A stretch of DNA of 64,000 nucleotides from Vicugna vicugna (GCA_013265495.1 MU057801.1:1791879-1855878), one strand, 5' to 3'; shown: positions 11,846 to 24,858, counted from the stretch's first letter. Notes: generated by a model from the sequence alone, not told the origin. A program made the numbers and translations.

Positions 11846-12492
11846 AAAGAGGCAGGAAAAAGGTGTGGAGATGGTAACCTGTTATAGCCACGAAACTCGC
11901 ACAACTCTCGTGACCTGCAGCAAATGCTGACTGCAGGCACGTTACAGGTAGAGACGCAGGAGGGCAGGTGAGGACCGGGAGGAAGCAGACCAGCAGACAG
12001 CCCTGGAGGACAGAACACAGCCCGAGGAAAAGATGAGACTGGGTCTCTCGGGCTGAGCGCAGCCTCGCCGCCGGGGAGGACGAGGAAGAGGCCACTTGGA
12101 CATTTGGGCTGCAAGGCACCTCCTCCCGTCTTGAGGGCACTTCAGGTGCACCTGGAAAACGCTCCTTCCCCGTCTGCGGGACCGCGGGGTCCCTGCCTTT
12201 GCCTGGAACAGCCCTCGGTGTGGTCCAGGGTCTTCTGTCCTCACCCACCTGCTGTGACCCCACAGGGCATGACCACCCACGCGCTGCTTCCCTAGGCTCC
12301 AGACATGAGAGGGAGGCTTCTGGGCATGACCGGGAGCCGTGGCTGAGGTTTGCTCCCCCGCCAGGTCCTCCTTTCCTGTCCTGTTTTCTGTCCAGGTCCC
12401 ATTACGCTGAAGTTAACCCACGTGACTTCTGCAGCATGTGACTAAGGGTGCTGCAGGGCTGCAGGGGTCTTCGAAAACCAAAACGGTTCTCC

Positions 12493-13098
12493 TGAACTCT
12501 AATTCGAAAAGACACCTGCACCCCAGTGTTCACAGCAGCACTATTTACAACAGCCAAGACATGGGGACAGACTAATGTCCATCGACAGATGACTGGATAA
12601 AGAAGATATGGGATATTTATACAACGGAATACTGTTCAGCCATGAAAATAAAAAATAATGCCATTTGCAGCAACATGGATGGAACTGGAGACCGTCATTC
12701 TAAGTGAAGTCAGCCAGAAAGAGAAAGAAAAATACCACATGATATCACTCATATGGGGAATTTAAAAAAGGGGGGAAAAAAAAAGAGGACCCTAATGAAC
12801 TCATCTCAAAAACAGAAACAGACTCACAGACATAGTAAACTGTCTTATGGTTCCTGGGGGAATGGGGGTAAGAAGGGATAAATTTAGGGGTTCGAGATTT
12901 GCAAATGTTAGCCACAATATATAAAAAAAGATTTAAAAAGTTATTCTGTGTAGCACAGGGAACTATATTCAACATCTTGTAATAACCTGTAATGAAAAAG
13001 AATAAGAAAATGACTGTGTGTGTGTGCATGACCGGGACACTGTGCTGTAACCAGACATTGACACACTGTAACCGACTGCACTTCAATTTAAAAAAAAA
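12493..13098 (+). mobile_element. Young-type LINE-1 3' end with poly(A) and TSD
   Basis: GACACCTGCACCCCAGTGTTCACAGCAGC, GCAGCAACATGGATGGA, CTAAGTGAAGT, ACTTCAATTT-A9; flanked by AAACG(G)TTCTCCT on both sides. Confidence 0.92.
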
Positions 13099-13162
13099 CG
13101 TTCTCCTTTGTGGTGTTGGCCACTGAGAATCAGAAAACAATAAATGAGTGTCCAGTCACCGG

Positions 13163-13176
13163 CCACTTGGTGGCGT
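13163..13176 (+). promoter_or_regulatory. CTCF motif candidate (one core mismatch)
   Basis: CCACTTGGTGGCGT. Confidence 0.35.
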
Positions 13177-16100
13177 AACTCCACCTGTGCATGAGGGTCC
13201 CCACCTGACCTGAGGTCCTTCCTGTCACCATGAGGGGCCCGAGTCTGGCTCCAGGGCGGGAGGGCAGGCGTGCCAGACGGAGTGGAGTGGTTCCAGACAA
13301 AGTGGAGGCCATGCCAGCGAGAACGGAACAGGGGCCTTCATGGGGGACGAGACACAACCTGGGGCCACAGAGATGCAGGCACGTTTCGCGTGAGGTTTAC
13401 AAAGGAATTATGAGAGCATAAACCGATTTTGCTAAAATGTGAAATGAAAGAGGAAAAGACACGCTTACTCTGATATGTTTTGTTCTAATAGAATGGAAAA
13501 AAAAAGTGTATGTACACAAGAGCTTGGAGTGACATTGGGTGAAAGTCTGAGTGACGGTTTTTATCTGTTCCCCTTTGATGTGGGACCTTACTCTTCTATA
13601 ATGAGCATGAACCTCTCCTAGAAAGGAGGAGAAAGTCTTTGAAAATTGAAGTCTCTCAAGAGTAAAGGACAGAAAGCCTGGGAAGGGAAGTGTTTATAAA
13701 CAGAACACTTTGCTTGGTCAAACTTCAGATGATTTGCGTGTGTGCGGCTTCCCTCAGGATGTGGCGGCTCCGGGCCGGCTCCCAGCTGGGATCTGCACGC
13801 GGGCAGAGCTCCAGCCGAGCCCCCCGGAGCTGGGGCAGATTGAGAAATTCACCTGGAGAGAAGAGGCACCACCTGGATGTCCTCAGCTGTCCATACACAA
13901 TGCTTTTGCTTTTTTTTTTAATGTCCCTCAGGAGTAGCATCTTTATAATAGCCAGTGAGGGATACAGCTGTTCCTAAATTTAAACACAAAAAGACACAAA
14001 GGCTTCTAAAGCCGGCGCCCTGGTCTCTCTCTGACGGGAAAGAATCCGGGGAACAATGCGTGTGTTGGCAGAGGGAGGTTTTATGCGGCAGCTGCTGGAG
14101 AGCCGGGCTGGGACGACCTTCCCCGCTCCTTCTCACTTGCAGGAGAACCTGCAGCAGCCTCTACAGAAAAGGAGGCAGGGCACTGAGGGCGACAGCCACT
14201 CACCTGCAGATCTCCCGGGGACCCCGCGCCCTGTGCTGAGGGTGTGAGTGTGGCCACTTGGCTTTCAGTTTTATGTAGTAAATGAGCTGTATTTTCAGAG
14301 GGTGCTTTGAATTCCCACCGACTTACAAATAAGCGTCTTGCCTGAAGTGAGCGCTGCTGCTCTGAGCGCCCTCGGCGTTCCTCTCCAGGGACTCTGCATT
14401 CTCTGGGAGTTGATGGGCTGCACCAAGGGAAGCAACTGAGGCACGTAAAGGGGAAAGGACGCAGTGCACAGAACGCGGCCACGCTCATCCCTCCCCTGGG
14501 AGGCAGGCCGCTCCAGCACGCCGGTGCCCGGTCCAAGACTCATGCAGGCACCGTGTCCACTGCAGCTCTCTCTGTCACTCAACCAGAACCGGCCTTGTAA
14601 TGAGATGCCCTTGGCGATTGCTGCCAAGTGGTCGGTTACCCCAGAGGTGAAAACTCTGAGCTGCCTGCACTTCCCACAGTTTGTTAAAATTACCGGCAAA
14701 GGGGGAGACTCCAGGGGGTAGAAGCTGCTAGTCATTTGCCGACATGCGTTTGCTCCTTCCTTCGTCCGAGGCGCAGATGTGGCCTCCTCTCCCTTGCAGG
14801 GTCTGTGGGCACATCTGTCTGAACAGTGGGATGTGAACAGAGAGGATGCCGGCTTTTCCTCCTTTGCACTGGCCGAGAAGGACTCATGCAGCTCCCGTGC
14901 ACCCAGGGACAGAGGGCGGGCTTTGAGAACGGGCCCCTGCACAGCTGAGTGCGGAAGGAATAACTCCCTGTGGACCAGCCGCGGCCCCTGAGGCCTCCCG
15001 GCTGTAGCACTTCACCTGCACCTCCACCAACACTTGCGGCCAGAGGGACAGCCCCCTGCCCTGCTCTTCCTGGACCCTGTGCGCTGGTCCTACTCTCGTA
15101 AGCTCAAGGCTTGAGAAAATGAAACACGCTTGTTTCTTCTAACAACATCCAGCATTGCTGGATTGGAATGAACAGCGAAAAAGAAGTGAGTGCAAGCAAG
15201 TAAGAACTCAGGAGCAGAGGAGTTACCCCACACCTGCCTTTGACACGTGTGGCCCAGGACTTTGAAGGAGGCCCGGCCTCCCCGAGCTCCTGCACAGTTT
15301 GCCCTTCGCCCAAGTTCTTCCAGGTAATTCATTTTTCTCACTGGAGTCGAACTGGAAGTAACTTTTAGATGCAAACCTGTGTGATCTGACCTGTTTTCAT
15401 TCCTGCCCAGGTGACTTTGTTTGCTGACTCTCAAAGCAACTTTCTTTGATGTTGGAGATTGTCAGTGTCTCTTGAGTTTTCCTTCTGATAAACGGAAACA
15501 GACGAGCTAGGCTGAGTTCATCACTCAATCGAAATGAACATCTTTTTGGAAAAACCCACTTATAAATATCCCCCCTCCGTTGGCTGGCCTTGCTCTGACC
15601 GGGGGCAGGAGGCGCAGTGCACCTGGGCTGGGGTGCAGATGCTGTGTCTTCCACGGGGGGGATCCGGCCCTCCTCCTAAGTGTGAAAGGTCTTCCGTTTG
15701 TCATTCACGATTTCTTGGTGACAGAGGCGAGAATGTGGATAAGTTCGTCATGTTTTCTAACACCTGCTCTTTGGACAAATAATTGCCCACATTTTTTAAG
15801 TCCAGGTGGGAGACAAACACGGGAGAGGCTTGGAGAGCAACACGGTGCTTCTCCTCCCAGCCTGGGCTTCCGTCCCCACCGCAGTGGCACCCCTCCCCGC
15901 AGAAGGTCCCCAGAAGGTCCCATCGCTTGCTGCTCCTTCCTGCTGATGACCCGACGGTGACACAGCAGAGAGCGTCACTGTCCATCTGTCCATCCAGTGT
16001 CCATTTTCTGCCATTTTTGTTGACCGAGGGAAAAAGAAATCGGTGGGAGGCCCCCAAATGCCGTTTTGGCTAAATATGTGAGAAGCTGGAGTCTTGCCCA

Positions 16101-17398
16101 GAGGCTGGCAGCTGAGCAGAGAGCTCAAAAGTCAATACGATGACCTAAACCGGAACCGGGAAGCCGCCAAGCCCAGCTGAGAAGAACGGGCAGGTGCGTA
16201 TTCGATTGCGATTGTCTTTGCCACAAAAGATCCTACTTGTTTCAAGTCGCTGTTTGAAGTGCAGTTCTTCTGTTGTCTTAATCTGCGTGCGAGCGCAAAC
16301 CTCCTGAGAACAAGGGCTCGTCTGATTTGTTCTAGACGCCGCCCGCGCCCTGCTGGGGGCTGAGCCTGCCCCCCCCCACCGCCGCTGCGCCCTGGGACCA
16401 CCTCCCGGGAAAGCTGCCTGCATTCACACCCCCGCGAAGGCCACTTCTGGGGCAGCCTGAACCAGGGTCTCACACACTGGCGCACGCACACACGCGCGTA
16501 CATTTTAACCAGACTCCAGGCACAAGAGCAGATACATGGAAATACAGTTTCTTCCGTTTTCGTGACAACGTAATTATTATTTACTCCCGCTCCATTTGGA
16601 GTCTAACGGAAACGGGCCGCTCCAGCATCCCCGCGCGTGCTCCCGGCGTGGGTGCAGTGGGGGCCTCCAGCGCGGTGTCAGCAGCGGGGTCTGGGGGCTG
16701 CCGGGCGGGCCGTCACTTCCACCGCTCGCTGCGGCTTCCTCCCTCCCTGGGCCTCCAGGACTCAGCCTTGGGCTTCCTGAGTGGGCCCTCAGGTCCGCTG
16801 GACGTGCTCCCAGGAGGAGCTGGCACGGGGCGGGGGGAGCGGGGCAGGGAAGGGCAGAAAGGCAAGTCCGGGAGGGCCTTCTGGCAAAATCCCGGCCTTA
16901 GCTGAGCCCCCTGGGAACTCTGTGAATTACACTTCAGAGGTTTTGGGCCAAGGGGGCTGTGGGCGGTCATCCCTCTCTGTATGTTCGAGGACGTTCCGGT
17001 GCTGGTAAAAAGCATCCAAGGGGCTCCGGCCAGGCTCCAGGGCCGACCACCCACTGCAGAGCTCAGCCCAGGAGCCACGTGTCCGCACCCGGGGCTTCTC
17101 TGCCCCATCGCGAGCGTTGGATTCTGACTATCCGAGAGGATGCCCAGCTTAAAGCCTTTGAAATGGGGACCATGACGGAGACCCAGCCCCCATAGTTTCA
17201 TGTAAACAGTAAAAAATACTTGCAGTGTGAAAGCCACTATGAATCACGACTGTACGATTCCCATTTCCCCAGTTTTCAGTTCCGTGAACATTTCAGCCAC
17301 CCAAGCACACGCACCTGTACAGCAACGGCAGCAGCCCCACCCGCCGCAGGGTCACCACGCCGGCTCCGGGGGGGCGGCCCCCCCGGTGTCTTACACTG

Positions 17399-17478
17399 TC
17401 TTAATGGACGTGCTGGGGACTGAACCCAGGACCTGTGTGTGCTACGCACTCGCTCCACCTCTGAGCTCCACCCTCCGC
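17399..17478 (-). mobile_element. vic-1-like SINE, diverged
   Basis: CTGGGGACTGAACCCAGGACCT...CTGAGCT, reverse of the 9257 copy. Confidence 0.75.
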
Positions 17479-18589
17479 CACCTCCCCCAGGTACGTCACA
17501 TTGATTAGCACACTTGGTTCTCAAACTGTGACTTAACATTACCGTTAGCTCGGTTGACAGGACGTTAATAATACTACTAATGACCTGCCAGGGCCACAGA
17601 ACGAGGGAGCGCACAGGTGGGGCTGCAACTGCAGTCTGTCCCTTGAACTTGGGCAGGCGGGCCAGGCGGCTGCTCAGGGGGTGGGGCTTCAGCGGCCCCA
17701 GGAGCCCCCGAGAAGCAGCCTTCTCCTCACCGCACCGCCCCAGCATCTGGCAGAGAAGAGGCACCTTTACACGCATGTGCAGGAGGAAAGGGTGAATGTT
17801 AAACAGCCTTGAAACACTTGGGCTGGGGCTTAACTCGAACCAGAAGCAGCTCAACAACAACGAGAAAAGTTGTGAAAAATCAGCTTCATAAAGTCTTTCC
17901 GTAAAAATGCGCCGAGTGCCTGTCACACGCTTGATGTCTTGCTGGCACCAGAGGAACAACGGTGAAACCAGAGGCTCCCCCAGCCCAGGGTAGGTTGAAT
18001 GAGCCGCACCGGGCTGTCCGTCCCCAGGGCCCGTCCTCCAGGTGGTGCCCGGCAGCCGGCCTGGCCGCGGTCCGCCGAGGGCTGTGCCATCGCCCGGGAG
18101 GGGACCACAGCCACCCTTCCTCTTTCCGCAAGTCATCCATGCAAACCCATCCTCTTCCCCTATGGCCGTAACAGGTGAAGGTCTCAGAGAGTTATGATGC
18201 AACGAAATCAAACCGAGGGGATAAAGTTTCAGGCGAATTCTGAGTCACCAGATCAGGTTTCTAAGAGTTGAAAACACGGTGAAAATGTCCCCCTTAAACC
18301 ACCGGGAACTGCAGTCACTTCCTGCAGCTCCGAGGTGCCGCGCAGCCCCGAGCTGCCCACTGTTTCTGGGGGAGGGGTTTCTCTGTAAGCGCCTCTCCTT
18401 GCCCTCCGTCTGCATTTCCCAATGTACTGGCCAGAGACCCGCGTTGCCTTTGAATTGAAGGAGATTGTGCAGACATGTCCTCTTCCACCCGCCTTGGGCG
18501 TGGCGTGTGGCCACGGCGATGAGTAAGTTCACATTTCACGGCGAGGCGGTGAGGGACCCTCCCGGGGCTCTCCCACCTCCTGCCCCCAC

Positions 18590-19262
18590 CGCGGGGGGCG
18601 GCCGCGGGCGGGCGGGGTCTCAACTCCCGGGAACAGCCCACAGGTCTCCGCTGTGGAGGCCGGGGCGGAGAGGATCCACTTCCCCCGGCCTCCATGTCCC
18701 CATCTGTGCCCCGTCTCCCAAAGGAGACATTTCTGAGAGTGAAGAGGACACCGTAGGAACGACCCTGGGACAGCTAGCAGCTGCGCTGTCCTGGGTAAAC
18801 CTCCGTTTGGCGTCACCCCGGTCCCCGGGGACTGCCGGGCCCTCCTGGCTGGAACATCTGAGATGGTGGGACGTGAGCCTCTCTTCTGTATCCCACAAAG
18901 CCTGAGCGAGCTGCATGAGGCCTCAGACATCGCCAACGTCCGGCTGCAAAGGAGGAGTGAGCTCCCAGGGGCCGGCTCCGTTTCCGATGGAGACGTCATC
19001 CGTGTGGTCCACCCGGTGTAACAGCGGAGGGACGTAAAGACTTCTTCGCTGGGTCTGTGCAGCTCTTTCAGAGCCTTCGAGACTTTGGAAAAGGCCTTGT
19101 GCAATTACGTGGCCCTTAATACCCAGATAATGGAGCCGTGAAAGATGTCTGTTTGCATGTCGTAGAATTAAACTGTATGCAGCTATTTATTTTTTGCCTT
19201 AATTGTTTGAGCTTGTTTCTAATGTAAACTGTTGTAATTTTAAATAAATATAATAGAAAAAA
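18590..19262 (+). pseudogene. Possible decayed retrocopy or terminal exon, parent unknown
   Basis: GC-rich 5' part; frame 18863-19141 broken by one TAA; AU-rich 3'UTR-like segment, AATAAA at 19243-19248 and a short A run. No clear TSD. Confidence 0.25.
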
Positions 19263-19983
19263 CTTTCATAGGTATCAAGAATCCAGAGTAAATTTACTTT
19301 GCAAATAGGCTTTGAAGGTATGTTTCATGCGGAGGATCTCAAACTGACACTTTCATTCAAAAATATTTCGAATTACTCACTGTTTGCCTCTCTGAGGTCA
19401 GATGGATTTCGAGGAGGCTGGGTTCCACGCTGGAGCCAGGGTGACTTCACCTCCTTTGGAATCCTGAGACCTGGGAGACCCAGAGCATCACTTAGCCGGC
19501 AGGTGGGAGGTGCATTCTGGGCTGACTTTTGTTAAGTACATTGAACTTTGCGCTTTCATTTTTACGTCCTTTCTTCATTCTGGTTCCATGATACATGCCT
19601 GATTCCTTCTCCCGCGGTCACGCCGCGCCCCTACTCAAAATCTGTTAGCTTGACATTGTCAGAGGCTTTAGATATTTGGGGCGATGAGGCAAGTTATGGT
19701 ATACGAATACATTTGCTAATATTTAACTCATCAAGACAAGCCAAACACACAACTGTTTAAATTCCAACGTTGTGAGTCTCTCTGATGCGATTCCCATACA
19801 ACTCCAGACACCCCCTCAGTGAGCGTGAAGGCAGCAGCTGACGTGGAAATGGTTCCCGTGGTTTCGGGGCGTCAGCGGGGCACGTCCCGTCACGTTCCCT
19901 TTCATCGACGGGCTGCATCGTGGTTGTATTCCTTCGGTGTCGCTGGGTCACGGTGGCACAGGTCATCGGGGGACGCACTCTTA

Positions 19984-20200
19984 GACCAGGTGCAAACTGT
20001 AGCTCTTCCGTTTACCAGCTGTGTGACCTCGGCACGTCCCCTGCCCTCTCTGTGCTTCAGCTTCCTTACGTGAAGAACGAGAATCGTGGAACACCTAAGT
20101 CATGGGGGAAGGGGCTGTTCGTTTGTTAATGAGAACTGAATGCATTCATGTATTTTAAATACTTGAAATGGTACCTGGCACATGGTTAGAAATATACAGC
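19984..20200 (+). mobile_element. MIR SINE
   Basis: TTACCAGCTGTGTGACCTCGGCA...CTCTCTGTGCTTCAG...CCTGGCACATGG. Confidence 0.8.
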
Positions 20201-20327
20201 TTATCTCTAGGGTAACGTTTTGTTTTGAAATAAGTCCAGGTTTACAAAAAAGCTGTAAAAATGTACAGAGAACGTCTGTAAATTGTTCCCTACTTGTTAA
20301 TATTTTGACGTCTTTGTTTAGATAACA

Positions 20328-20440
20328 TGTTACTGTTTTGTTGCTATGTAACCACCTACCACAGATTCAGCAACTGAAACCAGTGCACATTTATTACCCA
20401 CTGTTTCCAGGGGTCAGGGGTCAAGGGTCCAGGTATGGGT
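20328..20440 (-). mobile_element. MLT1 (MaLR) LTR fragment
   Basis: TGCTATGTAAC...TACCACA...CATTTATTA...CTGTTTCCAGGGGTCAG resembles the MLT1 terminus. Confidence 0.55.
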
Positions 20441-22109
20441 CTGCTGGGACAAAGACTCTTGTCTTCAAAGTTGTCCTAAAAGGTCGGACAAACTGCATGC
20501 TGCTCCCACGGATCACAGTATCCACGGGGGCTGGGAGACGCCCTGAGCATCCTCCTTCTTGGGGTACCACTGGAATCCCCCAGGGAACCAGGGTCTTGTC
20601 TCGACCCAAGAGATTCTGAGGGTCAGCATCACACGGGTCTTGGCAGAACCCAAGGATCTGTACTTTTAAAAAGCCCTCCAGCCCCTGGAACTTTGATGAT
20701 CACCAGGCTTGGAACCAGCGCTGCCTGAATCCTCCGTCAGTCGGGGCCGACCTCAGTGTCATGCAGGTGGGAGGGCTCCCTGCTCACTCTACACCAGCCA
20801 GAGAATGATGTCCGGGCAGGGCCACGACAAGCCCAGAGCGTCAGGCATGATGACCAAGGTCGCACGTCACGTGGTGTCTGGGATCCTTCAGTCCAGCTCC
20901 TCTGGACAAGTTTAGCGAATGAACTTGGACCCCCTGGCGACCTCCTGCCTCAGTAGAGGTGAAAGTTGAGAGGTGGGCCCCCTGTAGGTCCCGAGGTCCC
21001 GGATGACAAGACATTTTGTCATTCCACAGGAGACGGGAGACGGCAGTAGTCTACCCGTGGAGGAGGAAGGCGGTGATGGTCACAGAGAAACGCTGGTGCC
21101 TGGGGCCCTCGCGCTCCCAGCAGGGTTATGGGCACTGGCGGAGGAGGGGCGGGAAAGCGGGTGGGGTGTGGGGCACAAAGCCAGTCACTCTGTTAACTGT
21201 GGGCGATTCAGGGCGTGTTTGACCTTAGGGTCTGTTTGAGGGCGAAGAAATCCCCTTCAACAGAGAGGGAAGACGGCAACACAGTTGCTTCAGATTTTTT
21301 AAAAATGAGGCTAGCGTGGAAAATACGCCGCCCGTTTTGTAAGACAGGGAGAAACAGCTGCATTTTAATGGTCTTTCGTGTGTGCTGGGAAAATCCCGGA
21401 AGTTTCTAGAAGATGCTGAAAGCACAGAGGGCCCAGTCAGAGGCGCGGGGCCTCGGCAGGCGGGTGGGCAGGGATGAGGAGCAGATATTTTTATTCTGTC
21501 TTCTGATATTTTCAGGGTTTTGAACCATGTGGTTTTGTGGCTTATTCAAACATTTTAGACGTTTGGAGACCTCCGCACGATGCTGGCTTGTCTTACCACC
21601 TGCTGAGAAAACACCTGAAGAGAGACGGCTCCTGCGAACTCAGCAAAGCGTTTGCACCGACCGGATTTTCTCAGCCCCGGCAGCAGGCAGCTCTGTTTGG
21701 AGCAGAGCAGGGCCCGTCAGCGCCAGCCGTGCGACTTGTCCAGGCTGTGGCTGCTGCGTGCAGCCCAGGTGGACGCGAGGACCTTTGTCACAGCTCCGCC
21801 ACAGCCCGGGACCCCCGGCCCCCTGACGTCCCTAGATTCCTGTCCTGTCCGCAGAGCCCAGCGCGGAACAACTTCATTCACTTTAGTTACTGCCCCTAAT
21901 CCTTACACCTTCCAATAGTTGTAAAGGAGCTGGTGTGATGCTTAAAAAGACCTCAGGGGTCGGGCCCCCCGTTTCTCCAGGGCACGGGGGCGAGCTGGTC
22001 TCCTTTGCGGTCCTGCACACGCTGGCAGAGCAGACCTCTCATTCTTCACTTGTGTCCACGTGTCCCGTGCTCTCTGCTGCACTGTTAGTATGTCCACAAA
22101 GGCGTTTTG

Positions 22110-22203
22110 TCATTGTTGCTTTTGAGCGGAGGTCCTCAGGGTCGAACCCAGGACCTCGTGCACGCCGCGTCCGCGCTCTGCCGCTGAGCTCTTTCCCGCC
22201 CCC
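22110..22203 (-). mobile_element. vic-1-like SINE, strongly GC-shifted
   Basis: GGGTCGAACCCAGGACCTCGTGC...CTCTGCCGCTGAGCT. Confidence 0.75.
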
Positions 22204-22926
22204 ATCCACAAAAGCGTTTTGGAGTTCAGCATTCTGGGCAGATACAGCCCCACTGGCAGCTCCTCAGGCCCGCCCTTTGCCCCACGGTGCCCTCCTCGGA
22301 CCACACGCAGCAGTGCGTGTGTCACACGTGAAGGCAGTGTGCACTCAGCCCCACCTGGAGCATCACAGGCACTTCAGTGGATCAAAGACTCTAGAAAGCC
22401 CTGAGTCAAGTAGTGTTCAGCTCTGTGTAAACCAGCATCTCCCAGATTCACTGACCGCTGAACCCTTGTTTTCAGAGCACTCGCTAAATTACAACAGTCA
22501 CTCAGGCCCCGTCCCACTTGCCAGCAGCGCCCTCCGTCCCGGGAGCGCCCTGCGCGGCGAGCGCCGTCAGGCTTCCCGGGCACTTGGGGATGCCGTCCTC
22601 GGCCTCGCGCACTGCAGCCACTCTGTGCCCTCACCCACATCCGGGGGCGGCAGCTCGAGCCGGTGTAGTTACAGATCTATTAATACTTCCTTAGTCACCA
22701 GGCGGCATTTGTTTTCCAGGTATTTCCACAAACCACGGCGGCTGGGGCCCAGTTCTCTCTGGCTTATGGAAAGGGACTCGCTCTCCTAAGACAGCTCGTC
22801 AAAGTGAGTGAAAAGCCCAGGGGTTTCTCAGCCCTGCTCTCCTGTCCTGGCAGGAGGTTCGATGCATGTGGGAATCCCATTTTAAAGGCAGGAAAGTGGT
22901 GAAGGAGAATTTCAACCGGGACTCGG

Positions 22927-22995
22927 TGCGTGTGTGCATGTGCATGTGTGTGCATATGTGTGCGTGCGTGTTTGTGCGTGCTTGTGCGTGTGTGC
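22927..22995. repeat. Imperfect (TG)n/(TGCG)n microsatellite
   Basis: Directly visible. Confidence 0.9.
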
Positions 22996-23269
22996 TGTTT
23001 CTCCAGGTCTGTTCAGTGGGTCGCTTTAACTGGGAAGAAGAAAGGCGCGGTGAAGTCTTCCCGTGGATTCTGATCTTCCGTGAGAACAGCTGCTAGGGTG
23101 TCCCCCTTCGGGGAACGGCCGTCCCGGTGCCCGGCGCGCAACGCCAGGCTCGCAGAAGCAGGCGGTCCCTGAAGCCGGCAGGCAGCCCCGCCCCTGCCAA
23201 CAGCGCCCGTTCGGGGTAACGGACCTGCTCTCTGTTTCGCTTTCCTTCTGCGTGCGGGCGAGCCTGCAC

Positions 23270-23298
23270 CCCGCAGCCCGCAGCCCGCAGCCCGCAGC
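23270..23298. repeat. Tandem repeat (CCCGCAG)x4 in a CpG-rich patch
   Basis: Directly visible. Confidence 0.9.
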
Positions 23299-24731
23299 GC
23301 ACGCCTGAAAGCCGGGCACCCGGCGGCGTCGCATAAGCTCCGCGCACCCCTCCTCCCTCCGTTCTCCCTCTCTTCATCTCCACCGCTCCCACCCTGTACC
23401 CTGCCCCCAGCCCCTCCGCTGGCTCTGGAGCCGGGGCCCCTCCTTGTCCCCAGGATGAGACGATGAGACATCCACAAACTGAGGGTGGTTCAGGGCACGT
23501 GGCAGCATCTGCCCCCCACCCCGTCTCCACCGCACAACCCTCCCTGGTAGGACAGTAGAGCTAAGTCGATTTTGGGGGTCAAAACTCCGTGTGGACACGC
23601 ACCGCACAGGGCCGGGAGAGGCTGCCCCGCATGCCATGCAGCGCTCGCCGCCACGCGCCTTTCTCCCCGCCTTCAGGTGGCACCCTGTGACTGCCGTGCA
23701 CGCGCGCTCCTCTCCCACTCCAATTAGTATTCACTGTGCAAAAGTAAGAAAATTCCTTCATTATGCTGGTGCCGGCGGCGAGCTGATAATTAAGGCGGTG
23801 CAGCAGCCTTTCCATTAAAAACCCCGTCTCTCCCCGCTGGGCTGGGCTCAGCAATTACTGCCTCCCGGTGAGGCCTTCACCTCAGGACGCTCTCAGATAA
23901 ACCCTGCATTTCGCTTCTAGAGGGTCTGTCTTCTTCCTAATTACACGCGACCAGTCGGCTCCAAGGATTTTTATTTTCTCCACGTGACCTAAAAGGACCT
24001 GGGACTTTAGCTAGGTTTTTGTCATCTCGGCAAGATATCACTTTGCATTGAAATAACATGCAAAATGTGAACGCTATTTCCACAGAATAGTGAGAGGAAT
24101 GTCAACGTTTGACTTCTGAGATCTGTTTTCCCAGAGATGTGTGTGCTTTACCTTCCTTCCAATCAACTTCCTTTTTTTCTCTTGGTCTTGGGTCAGATCT
24201 CCCACAATCAGGCAAAACTAACTTCTGAGACAGTCACGCAGAAGAACCTCATCCAAGTGTGTTCCGCTGGGGATTTCCTAAATGATCGCTTCATTTCTTT
24301 ACTGGACTTTTTCAGTGGAAACTTGCTCATGAAATTAACGCAGAGGGGAGACTTCGCCTCCCGGGCTCCCAGCCGCCGGAGCCCAGGACAGTGCCTGGGA
24401 GTGGCGCTCCGCATGCTCCCCAGGCCAGACGCCTCGTTTTCCGGGACAGTGCCCGTTTCTTACCACCCTTTGGGGTCTCCAGTCTGTTATATGAAGCCGG
24501 CATATTTTCACGCCCTGCTTCTGCATGGGCTCCCCCAGAAATCCCCAGTCAACGCGGGCTTCCTGCTGTGTGTGCAGAAGCCCCTTCCTGTACAATCATG
24601 ACGATCGACCGACCGTTACCCGAACGTTTTCTGTTTTACTCTCTGGGGGGTCGTCATCAAAGCTGGGTTTGGTGAATTAACTTAAAATAGTAAAATCATA
24701 GTTTTTAAAAAATGACATTGTTTTTGCTCAC

Positions 24732-24858
24732 CTTTTTAAAACATTGGGGGTAATTAGGCTTATTTACTTATTTACTTGTTTTCATGGAGGGACCGGGGAT
24801 TGAACCCAGGACCTCGTGCCTGCCAGGCATGCACGCTGTCACAGCTACACCCTCCCCC
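24732..24858 (-). mobile_element. vic-1-like SINE
   Basis: GGGGTAATTAGG, (TTTA)n-like run and GGGGATTGAACCCAGGACCTCGTGC. Confidence 0.88.

Noticed and set aside
12271..17053. Two GLI consensus sites GACCACCCA (12271 and 17045)
   Set aside because: Two isolated 9-mers in 64 kb of GC-rich DNA are compatible with chance.
17276..18211. 311-aa minus-strand ORF
   Set aside because: Non-ATG start, runs through a SINE, no domain recognised.
18720..19110. Hand-aligned resemblances to the PXDC1 N-terminus, the FAM89/LURAP helix and the HUS1 C-terminus
   Set aside because: Each needs ad hoc frameshifts or gaps, relies on recalled sequences, and they are mutually exclusive, which points to chance; no gene name assigned.
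21935..22789. 284-aa plus-strand ORF
   Set aside because: Reads through an antisense SINE; no recognisable domain.
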